NCBI GenBank assembly: GCA_044224905.1
Contig: JBGAJN010000001.1
Coordinates: forward strand, 204,705-268,704
DNA from: Limisphaerales bacterium
Lineage (GTDB): Bacteria; Verrucomicrobiota; Verrucomicrobiia; Limisphaerales; JBGAJN01
Reading direction: 5' to 3'
DNA: 64,000 bases
This document shows, in pieces, positions 16,251 through 24,154 of this stretch (the first letter of the stretch is position 1; each line of letters begins with the position of its first letter). The notes below the pieces were generated by a model. It did not search any database, was not told where the DNA came from, and saw only the letters and a list, made by a program, of their open reading frames with translations. A program made the position numbers and the translations under genes.

Positions 16251-18410
16251 ATGGATGGCACTGCAAAAAAACTGGACCCGAAACATTTCCTGAACCGCGA
16301 GCTGAGCTGGCTGGCGTTCAACGAGCGCGTACTCGAGGAAGCGCAAGACCCGAAGAACCCGCTGCTGGAGCGGGTGAAGTTTTTTGCCATCGTCAGCTCA
16401 AACCTCGATGAGTTCTTCGAAGTCCGTGTCGCCGGCATCAAGCAGCAGATCGAAAGCGGCGCCGGCGAACGCAGCGCGGATGGGCTAACGCCAACGGAGA
16501 ATTTTCACGCCATCACCCGCCGCGTGCGCATGTTGGTCGACCGACAATACCGCTGCTGGAGCGACGACCTGCAACCCGCACTCGCCAAGCACAACATCCG
16601 CTTCCTAAATTTCGACGAGCTCTCCGAACGCGACCGGACTTGGGTGGAGAATTACTACCGCGCCACGGTTCGCCCGGTGCTGACCCCGCTCGCGATCGAT
16701 CCCGCACATCCTTTCCCGCAACTCCTGAACAAGTCGCTGAACATGATCGTGCAACTGGACATTGAGCAGCACGGCGAAACGCGCCGACGGTTGGGTGTCG
16801 TGCAGGTGCCACGCGTGCTGCCGCGGTTGGTCAAGCTGCCCCGCGAGGGCGCCGAGCAGGCGTATGTCTTCCTTGGCCAGATCATCGGCCATTACCTCGT
16901 GGATATTTTTCCCGGGACGCAGATTCTTGGCTACTGGCATTTCCGCGTGACGCGCAACAGCGAGCTTTATATCGACGAGGACGAAAGCGCGAACCTGCTC
17001 AAGGCGGTCGAAAACGAAGTGCACAACCGGCGCAAGGGCGAAGCCGTGCGCCTCGAAGTGGACAACGATTGCCCGGTGGAAATTCGCGAGCAACTCCTGC
17101 TCACCTTGCACCTGACGGAAGAAGATCTCTACGTCATCGATGGCCCGCTGAATCCGGTCCGCTTGATCATGCTGCTCGATGGAGATCATTCTCCAGAGCT
17201 GCGCGATGCGCCGTTCGTGGCGCCGGTGGCGCTCCCGTTGCGCGAGGAGCCGGACATTTTTGCGGCGATTCGCGAGGGGGACATCTTGTTGCATCATCCT
17301 TACGAAACCTTTGGCAGTGTGGTGAGTTTCCTCGAACAAGCGGCGGCCGATCCGCAAGTGCTGGCGATCAAGCAGACGCTCTATCGCACCGGCGGCGACC
17401 CGCGCATTGTCGGCGCGTTGATGGACGCCGTGCGCAACGGGAAGCAAGTCACGGCCGTGGTCGAGTTGAAGGCGCGTTTCGACGAGGCGAACAACATCCA
17501 ATGGGCGCGCAAGCTGGAGGAAGCCGGAGTGCACGTGGTCTTCGGCCTCGTGGGCTACAAGATCCATTGCAAGATGTGCCTCGTCGTGCGCCACGAACAG
17601 GACGCGATACGGCGCTACGTTCACCTGGGCACAGGCAATTACAATCCCAGCACCGCGAAGATTTATACGGACATTTCGCTGCTGACGTGCAACCCGGACT
17701 TGGGTGACGAAGCGGCGAGCCTGTTCAACCTGCTCACCGGCATCTGCCAATTCCAAGGTTCGAAGAAGTTGTTGATCGCGCCATTCAATCTCCACGATCG
17801 GATGATGGATTTGATCCTGCGCGAAACCGCGAACGCCCGCGCCGGTTTGCCTGCGCGGATCATCGCGAAGATGAACGCGCTGGTGGACGAGCAGATCATC
17901 GCGGCGCTTTACACGGCCTCGCAATCGGGCGTGAAGATCGACTTGGTCGTCCGCGGCATCTGCTGCCTGCGACCGGGCGTAAAAGGTTTGAGCGAGAATA
18001 TCACCGTGCGCAGCATTGTCGGTCGCTTCCTCGAACACAGCCGAATTTTCTATTTCGAAAACGGCTGTCAGCCGGAGGTGTTCGTGGGCAGTGCCGACTG
18101 GATGCCGCGGAATTTCTTCCGCCGTATCGAAGTGGTGTTCCCGATTGAAGATGGGAACCTACGCGAGCGGATTATCACCGAGGTGCTCGCCCTTCCACTC
18201 GTCGATAATATGAAGGCGCGGTTCTTAAGGCCCGATGGCACATATCGTCGCGCGACCGCGAAGCGTGGCGAGGCGTTGGTGAGCAGCCAAATTGAGTTCA
18301 TGAAACACGCACTCAACGGCAACGGATCGCTCCGACGCGCGAAAGAGAAGCGCTCCAAATATCCGAAAGTCAAACTCGCGGCGCGGCCGCCTGGACTCCG
18401 TAAAAAATAG
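16251..18410 (+). CDS. ppk: Polyphosphate kinase 1
   Basis: 'FLNRELSWLAFNERVLEEA', 'FFAIVSSNLDEFFEVRV' and two PLD-like HKD regions ('GYKIHCKMCLV', 'RFLEHSRIFYF'). ATG 16251 is preferred over TTG 16233. Confidence 0.95.
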   Translation: MDGTAKKLDPKHFLNRELSWLAFNERVLEEAQDPKNPLLERVKFFAIVSSNLDEFFEVRVAGIKQQIESGAGERSADGLTPTENFHAITRRVRMLVDRQYRCWSDDLQPALAKHNIRFLNFDELSERDRTWVENYYRATVRPVLTPLAIDPAHPFPQLLNKSLNMIVQLDIEQHGETRRRLGVVQVPRVLPRLVKLPREGAEQAYVFLGQIIGHYLVDIFPGTQILGYWHFRVTRNSELYIDEDESANLLKAVENEVHNRRKGEAVRLEVDNDCPVEIREQLLLTLHLTEEDLYVIDGPLNPVRLIMLLDGDHSPELRDAPFVAPVALPLREEPDIFAAIREGDILLHHPYETFGSVVSFLEQAAADPQVLAIKQTLYRTGGDPRIVGALMDAVRNGKQVTAVVELKARFDEANNIQWARKLEEAGVHVVFGLVGYKIHCKMCLVVRHEQDAIRRYVHLGTGNYNPSTAKIYTDISLLTCNPDLGDEAASLFNLLTGICQFQGSKKLLIAPFNLHDRMMDLILRETANARAGLPARIIAKMNALVDEQIIAALYTASQSGVKIDLVVRGICCLRPGVKGLSENITVRSIVGRFLEHSRIFYFENGCQPEVFVGSADWMPRNFFRRIEVVFPIEDGNLRERIITEVLALPLVDNMKARFLRPDGTYRRATAKRGEALVSSQIEFMKHALNGNGSLRRAKEKRSKYPKVKLAARPPGLRKK

Positions 18411-18466
18411 CAGTTGCCCGGAAATGTGCTTGGTGGAAGGTGTTCGTTGCCCATTAAATTGAACGC

Positions 18467-19090
18467 ATGCTAACCACGGAACTCATTCCCGCCGCCCAAC
18501 GTGACTCCCGCCGTCTGATGGTGGTGCTCCACGGACTTGGCGACAGCATGGAGGGTTATCGCTGGCTGCCGTCAGCGCTCCGATTGCCGTGGTTGAACTA
18601 CCTGCTCGTCAACGCGCCCGACGAATATTACGGCGGCTATTCCTGGTACGACTTCGCGCATGATCCGGCACCGGGGGTAAAACGCAGCCGGAAGTTGCTC
18701 ACTGACTTGCTCGACCGCCAGCGCGCCGCCGGGTTTGCCACGGAGCAGACGTTGTTGTTCGGTTTCTCCCAAGGTTGCCTGATGACGATCGACGTGGGCC
18801 TCCGTTACCCGCATGCCTTCGCCGGATTGCTCGGAATCAGCGGCTATGTATTCGAGCCCGAGCAGTCGCTGAAGGAGCTCTCGCCAGTCGCGGCTCAGCA
18901 GCGCTTCCTGATCACGCACGGGACGGATGATCCGATCATTCCGTTCGCCGAGGTTCGCGAACAGATCAATCTGCTCAAGGCTGAGGGCTTGCACATCGAG
19001 TGGCATGAATTCGTAAAGGCTCACACCATTGCGGGCGAGGACGAGCTCGAAGTGATCCGCAACTTCGTTGTTGCCAGCTTCCCAAAATAG
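18467..19090 (+). CDS. Alpha/beta hydrolase, phospholipase/carboxylesterase family
   Basis: 'VVLHGLGDS', nucleophile elbow 'GFSQG', and a C-terminal 'HG..D..IP' and 'H' of the catalytic triad. Confidence 0.8.
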   Translation: MLTTELIPAAQRDSRRLMVVLHGLGDSMEGYRWLPSALRLPWLNYLLVNAPDEYYGGYSWYDFAHDPAPGVKRSRKLLTDLLDRQRAAGFATEQTLLFGFSQGCLMTIDVGLRYPHAFAGLLGISGYVFEPEQSLKELSPVAAQQRFLITHGTDDPIIPFAEVREQINLLKAEGLHIEWHEFVKAHTIAGEDELEVIRNFVVASFPK

Positions 19091-19130
19091 CGGACCACCA
19101 CACGGACGTGCCGCCGTGGAACCACCACCC

Positions 19131-21125
19131 ATGAAAACAATCTGGAGCCGGATTCAACTCACGATCGCAGCATGGTTGGCGTCCGGCGCGCTGGTTGGCG
19201 CCGCGCCGATCATCAACAATTTCACACCGGCCACCGGCGCGCCCGGAACTCAGGTCACGATCAATGGCAGTGGATTCGTTGGTTCGCAGACGTTCGTTCA
19301 GTTCGGGAATGACTTCGCGGCAATCACATTTTTAAGCGCCAACCAGATCGTCGCGACAGTTCCAACGAACGCCGTGTCCGCACCAATAACCGTGAGCGTT
19401 GTCGGCGGGGGCGTTGCCGCGACCACGCCGACAAACTTTTGGGTGGCGCCACGAATCGACTCCTTTGATGCCACTGCAGCCAAGGGGCAAACCATCAATA
19501 TCTCAGGGGCGAATTTCATCGTCGGCGGTACCGGAGTGTTGTTTGGCGGCATCCCAGCCACCATGGGCAGCGTTCCGGCAACCACACAAATCACGGTCAC
19601 AGTTCCCACCAACGCGGTCACCGGGCGCCTCACCGTATTTACGTTCGCCGGCACGAACGTCAGCACGACCAACTTCGTCGTCTCCGGATCAGGCCCGTCG
19701 ATCACAGATTTCACACCCACCAATGGCCCTGTGGGAACGGATGTCACGATCAATGGCGGAAATCTTCTCACAGTCACCAACGTGACGTTCAATGGAGCGC
19801 GCTCACCAACCGTCAACGTGACCGCCTTTACCCAAATCCACGCTGCCGTGCCAACGAACGCCACCGCCGGACCCATAGTCGTGTTCACAACCACTGGCGC
19901 GGCCACCAGCGCGGCGCCATTCGTCGTCACGGGACTCAAGCCAATTGTCAGCGGTTTCAGACCGGCCAACGGTAAGTCGGGAGATCTCGTTACCATCGAC
20001 GGCATCAATTTTCTCTTCGCCACCAATGTCACATTCAACGGCACCAATGCAGCCGGCTTCGGGATCACATCCGACACGCAGATCACCGCCGTGGTCCCGA
20101 ATAACGCGACCACCGGCCCGATCGCCGTGCTAAACGCAGCGGGTAGCGGCACCTCGGCGAGCAACTTCTCGATCGGTCCGCACATTACGAGCGTCACGCC
20201 GTTTTTCGGTTCACCCGGAACCACGGTGACCATCAGTGGCGATAACGTGGACGCCGTGACCAATGTCACGTTTAACGGCACGAACGCCTTCTTCACGTTC
20301 ACCGGCCTCAATCAAATCACCGCCACGGTGCCCCCGGACGCCCATACTGGACCGGTGCGACTGGATGCCCCCGGTGGGAGCGACGTCACCTCGAGCAACT
20401 TCCTGGTGACCGGGGTTGCCCCAATCATCACAGGGTTCAGTCCCAACAGTGGCACGATCGGCGTCACGACCGTGACCATCAACGGAGTCAATTTCACCTT
20501 CGTCACCAACGTGGCTTTCGGGGGTGGTGCGTCGGTCAACGTGGTGCCGCCATCCGATACGACGTTCAATGTGGTTTTGCCTGCCGGCACGGTCACCGGG
20601 CCGATCACCGTGCGCTCGCCCTACGGCACCAACGTCTCCGCTTCGCTCTTCTATATTTCCGCACAGTTCACCAACTTCGCGCCGACGATTGGCCTGCCGG
20701 CATCGAAGGTGAGCCTGTTCGGGGCAAACTTCACCGACGCCAATGCCGTGAGTTTCGCCGGCAGCAACGGGCCGGCGAACGCGTTCTTCACCAATGTTTC
20801 AGCCAACCAGATCCAATGCTTCGTGCCGCTGGACGCGGTCAACGGCCAGATCACCGTCACCACGCCGGCCGGGCCGATCACGAGCACCAACAACTTCACA
20901 GTGCAACACACCGCGCCGCTGAGCATCGCCATCGCCGCGACCAATCGCTACGTGATCCGCTGGGCCGGCACGCTCACGAACTACCGGCTTGAAGCCACCA
21001 CGAACCTCGCCGCGCCGATCGTGTGGACGAACACCGCCTACTCACCGCTCTCAAATGGCGGGCAATTCTTCGTCAGCAACGCCGTGGCGGATTCGCCGAA
21101 GTTCTTCCGCATCATCAATCCGTAA
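19131..21125 (+). CDS. Secreted IPT/TIG-repeat protein (about 7 tandem Ig-like repeats) with a conserved C-terminal module
   Basis: The start is set at ATG 19131 (MKTIWSRIQLTIAAWLASGALVGA signal). There are repeats of about 80 aa, each beginning 'P-I-I/V-x-x-F-x-P-x-x-G-x-x-G-T-x-V-T-I-x-G-x-N-F'. The C-terminus ends 'PKFFRIINP'. Confidence 0.8.
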   Translation: MKTIWSRIQLTIAAWLASGALVGAAPIINNFTPATGAPGTQVTINGSGFVGSQTFVQFGNDFAAITFLSANQIVATVPTNAVSAPITVSVVGGGVAATTPTNFWVAPRIDSFDATAAKGQTINISGANFIVGGTGVLFGGIPATMGSVPATTQITVTVPTNAVTGRLTVFTFAGTNVSTTNFVVSGSGPSITDFTPTNGPVGTDVTINGGNLLTVTNVTFNGARSPTVNVTAFTQIHAAVPTNATAGPIVVFTTTGAATSAAPFVVTGLKPIVSGFRPANGKSGDLVTIDGINFLFATNVTFNGTNAAGFGITSDTQITAVVPNNATTGPIAVLNAAGSGTSASNFSIGPHITSVTPFFGSPGTTVTISGDNVDAVTNVTFNGTNAFFTFTGLNQITATVPPDAHTGPVRLDAPGGSDVTSSNFLVTGVAPIITGFSPNSGTIGVTTVTINGVNFTFVTNVAFGGGASVNVVPPSDTTFNVVLPAGTVTGPITVRSPYGTNVSASLFYISAQFTNFAPTIGLPASKVSLFGANFTDANAVSFAGSNGPANAFFTNVSANQIQCFVPLDAVNGQITVTTPAGPITSTNNFTVQHTAPLSIAIAATNRYVIRWAGTLTNYRLEATTNLAAPIVWTNTAYSPLSNGGQFFVSNAVADSPKFFRIINP

Positions 21126-21332
21126 ACGGGTTTGCGGGGCACGGACCGAAGTTTCGCGTTGACAGTTTCCCGCCTAAAAGTTGTCATTCGCGCGTCACAA
21201 CCCAGCCAGCGCGGGTGCATTGCATCGTGGTGCGGCGGATAAATTTCTCAGGAAAAATGCGCAGGAACTCATGGTTGGTCATATGCGGGCTTGGCAGTCT
21301 CACGCCAAACATTCGTTAACCAACCATTCAGC

Positions 21333-22454
21333 ATGAGCAAAAAAATCAACGTCGCCATCGTCGGTCTCGGTTTCGGAGCGGAATTCATCCCGCTCTGGCA
21401 GAAGCATCCCCACGCCACCTGTTACGCCATCTGCCAGCGCGATGAGAAGAAACTCAATGCCATCGGCGACTACTTCGGCGTCGAGGTTCGCTACAACGAT
21501 TTCGCGGCGCTCCTGAAGGACAAGAACGTGGACGTGGTCCACATCAATTCGCCCATTCCCGACCACGGCTGGATGTCCATCGCCGCGCTCAAGGCCGGCA
21601 AACACGTCGCCTGCACGGTGCCGATGGCGACGAACATCGCCGACTGCAAAAAGATCGTGGACCTCGTGAAAGCCACGGGCCTCAAATACATGATGATGGA
21701 GACCGTCGTGTATGCCCGCGAGTATCTCTTCATGAAGGAGCTGCTCGACACGGGCAAGCTCGGGAAGCTGCAGTTCGTCCAAGCCTCGCACCAGCAGGAC
21801 ATGGACGGCTGGCCCAATTACTGGCCCGGCCTGCCGCCGATGTGGTATGCGACGCACTGCGTCGGACCGGTCGCGGGACTCATTGGCAAGCCGGCGGAAT
21901 ATGTGAGCTGCTTCGGCAGCGGCACAGTGCGCAAGGAACTGATCAAGAAATACGGCTCGCCCTTCGCCGTGGAGACGGCGCACATCAAGTTCAAGGACAC
22001 CGACGTCAACGCGCGCATCATCCGCTCGCTGTTCGACACCGCGCGGCAATATCGCGAAAGCATCGACGTTTACGGCAACAAAGCGTCCGTCGAATGGCCG
22101 CTCATCGAGCACCAGCCGCTCGTGATGCACACGGCGAAATTGCCGGAGCCGAGAATTCCCAAAGCCATCAAGTGCCCCGACTTCGCCAAGCGCCTGCCCA
22201 AGAGCATCGCCAAATACACGACGCAGGGCGTTTACGACGCGAGCAAGAAGACCCACCTGAGCTTCACACAAGGCAGCGGCCACGGCGGTTCGCATCCGCA
22301 CCTCGCGCATGAATTCGCGATGGCGCTCGTCGAGAAGCGCGACCCGTTCCCAAACGCGAAGCAGTCCGCCAACTGGACCTGCGTGGGCCTGTGCGCGCAC
22401 GAATCCGCCATGAAGGGCGGCGCAATCGTGAAGCTGCCGGCGTTCACGCTCTAG
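21333..22454 (+). CDS. Gfo/Idh/MocA family oxidoreductase
   Basis: The start is set at ATG 21333 ([18 protein letters not shown] Rossmann motif). Typical length and a C-terminal alpha/beta domain. Confidence 0.9.
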   Translation: MSKKINVAIVGLGFGAEFIPLWQKHPHATCYAICQRDEKKLNAIGDYFGVEVRYNDFAALLKDKNVDVVHINSPIPDHGWMSIAALKAGKHVACTVPMATNIADCKKIVDLVKATGLKYMMMETVVYAREYLFMKELLDTGKLGKLQFVQASHQQDMDGWPNYWPGLPPMWYATHCVGPVAGLIGKPAEYVSCFGSGTVRKELIKKYGSPFAVETAHIKFKDTDVNARIIRSLFDTARQYRESIDVYGNKASVEWPLIEHQPLVMHTAKLPEPRIPKAIKCPDFAKRLPKSIAKYTTQGVYDASKKTHLSFTQGSGHGGSHPHLAHEFAMALVEKRDPFPNAKQSANWTCVGLCAHESAMKGGAIVKLPAFTL

Positions 22455-22491
22455 AATTTTTCCGAAAACAAAAAACACACCAACAACACCT

Positions 22492-24066
22492 ATGTCAGCA
22501 AAAACTGAAGGTATCGCACCCAACGCAAGCCGGCTCCTGTGGGCCGGATTCATGGCCATCTTGGCAGCCGGCGTCGGCTTCGCCATCCGCGGCGGCATCT
22601 TTGACAACTGGGGAGCCGAGTTCGGCTTCACCGCCACGCAACTTGGAGCCATCGGCGGTGCCGGCTTCACGGGCTTCTGCTTCGGCATCATCATCGGCGG
22701 TGTCGTGTGCGACAAGATTGGCTACAGCAAGCTGGTGATCGCCGCCTTCCTCTGCCACGTCCTGTCCTTCGGAGTGACGATGATGGCCACCACGCCTGCC
22801 AATGCCTACCAGATGCTGACGATTGGCATGTTCATCTTCGCTTTCGCCAACGGAACGCTCGAGGCCGTGGCCAATCCGCTGGTGGCGACCCTCTACCCCA
22901 ACAATCGCACGCATTATTTGAACATCCTGCATGCCTCCTGGCCCGCCGGCATGATCATAGGCGTCTGCCTCGGCTGGCTGCTCGATGACGCGCTCAAGCT
23001 CCATTGGAAGATTCAACTCGCGCTCTACCTCATCCCGACCATTGCCTACGGACTCATGTTCATGGGCCAGCACATGCCGAAATCCGAAGCCTCGGAAAAA
23101 GGCAGCAGTTTGGGCGAAATGTTCAAGGACGTCGGGCTCGTGGGCGCTGCGGTCGCCTGCTATCTGCTCTCGCTGTTTTTCGCCGGCAACCTCGGCCTGC
23201 CACAGGGTGTCGCCTACGGCATCGCAGGCGCGCTGCTCCTCGTGGTCGGCATTATGACCAAGTTTTCCATCGGTTCATTCCTCCTTTTCTTCCTGTTCAT
23301 CACCCACGCCATGGTCGGCGCGGTAGAACTCGGCACCGACGGCTGGATTCAGAATATCACCGGTAACCTATTCGACTCCCAACAGGGCAAGGCGCTGTTC
23401 CTCTGGACCTCAGCGATCATGTTCGCGTTGCGCTTTTGCGCGCACTTCATCGAGAAGACCCTCAAAGTCTCGCCGGTGGGACTGCTGCTCATCTGCTCCA
23501 TTCTCGCCGTCGTCGGACTCAACCTGGCCAGCGGCATGCAGAGCTTCGGCATGGCCCTCGTGGCGCTCGGCATCTACGCGGTCGGCAAGACGTTCTTCTG
23601 GCCCACCATGCTGGCCGTCGCCTCCGATCGCTTCCCGCGCACGGGCGCCGTGGCGATCTCGATCATGGGCGGCATTGGCATGTTGTCCGCCGGGTTGATC
23701 GGCGGCCCCGGACTCGGTTACGCGAAAGACCGCTTCTCGGCGGAGACGCTGAAGAAGACCGATGCCGCCACGTATGAAGTGGTGAAGGCGAAAGAGCCGT
23801 CCAAGTTCCTCACCTTCGAAGGCGTTCTTGCCATTGATGGCACCAAATTGGCCGACGCGCAAAAGGTCGATAAGGACAAACGGACTCCGGCGGACAAAGC
23901 AATCGTGGAAGCCAGCATCACCGGCGACCGCATGACGCTCAAGGCCGACTCATTCATCCCCGCGACCATGGCGCTCATCTACCTGCTGATGATGGTGTAT
24001 TTTAAAGCTATCGGCGGATACAAAGCCGTGCACCTCGCCGGAACCTCGGCCGAAAAAGCTCACTGA
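22492..24066 (+). CDS. MFS transporter with a C-terminal extension
   Basis: Twelve or more hydrophobic spans, and '[13 protein letters not shown]' in the MFS loop 2-3 motif position. It lies directly downstream of the oxidoreductase. Confidence 0.8.
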   Translation: MSAKTEGIAPNASRLLWAGFMAILAAGVGFAIRGGIFDNWGAEFGFTATQLGAIGGAGFTGFCFGIIIGGVVCDKIGYSKLVIAAFLCHVLSFGVTMMATTPANAYQMLTIGMFIFAFANGTLEAVANPLVATLYPNNRTHYLNILHASWPAGMIIGVCLGWLLDDALKLHWKIQLALYLIPTIAYGLMFMGQHMPKSEASEKGSSLGEMFKDVGLVGAAVACYLLSLFFAGNLGLPQGVAYGIAGALLLVVGIMTKFSIGSFLLFFLFITHAMVGAVELGTDGWIQNITGNLFDSQQGKALFLWTSAIMFALRFCAHFIEKTLKVSPVGLLLICSILAVVGLNLASGMQSFGMALVALGIYAVGKTFFWPTMLAVASDRFPRTGAVAISIMGGIGMLSAGLIGGPGLGYAKDRFSAETLKKTDAATYEVVKAKEPSKFLTFEGVLAIDGTKLADAQKVDKDKRTPADKAIVEASITGDRMTLKADSFIPATMALIYLLMMVYFKAIGGYKAVHLAGTSAEKAH

Positions 24067-24090
24067 GGCTTTTCAAAATACGATTCGTTC

Positions 24091-24127
24091 AACCGGCGGT
24101 TCGGCAACGAACCGCCGGTTTGCTTTT
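24091..24127 (+). terminator. Intrinsic terminator after the MFS gene (between convergent genes)
   Basis: AACCGGCGGTTCG-GCAA-CGAACCGCCGGTT is a perfect 13-bp stem, followed by TGCTTTT. Confidence 0.65.
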
Positions 24128-24154
24128 AACGCGCTGCCGGCGGCACACCGAGAA

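Noticed and set aside
19131-21125. Periodic DNA/protein repeats checked as a possible CRISPR array or satellite
   Set aside because: The periodicity is about 240 nt and lies within one long ORF encoding IPT/TIG Ig-like repeats. There are no short identical direct repeats with unique spacers. No CRISPR-like array was seen anywhere in the window.
21126-21332. TTGACA-like hexamer upstream of the oxidoreductase/MFS operon considered as a promoter
   Set aside because: TTGACA is present, but the best downstream -10 candidate (TGTCAT) is poor. Without TSS data the call would be guesswork.
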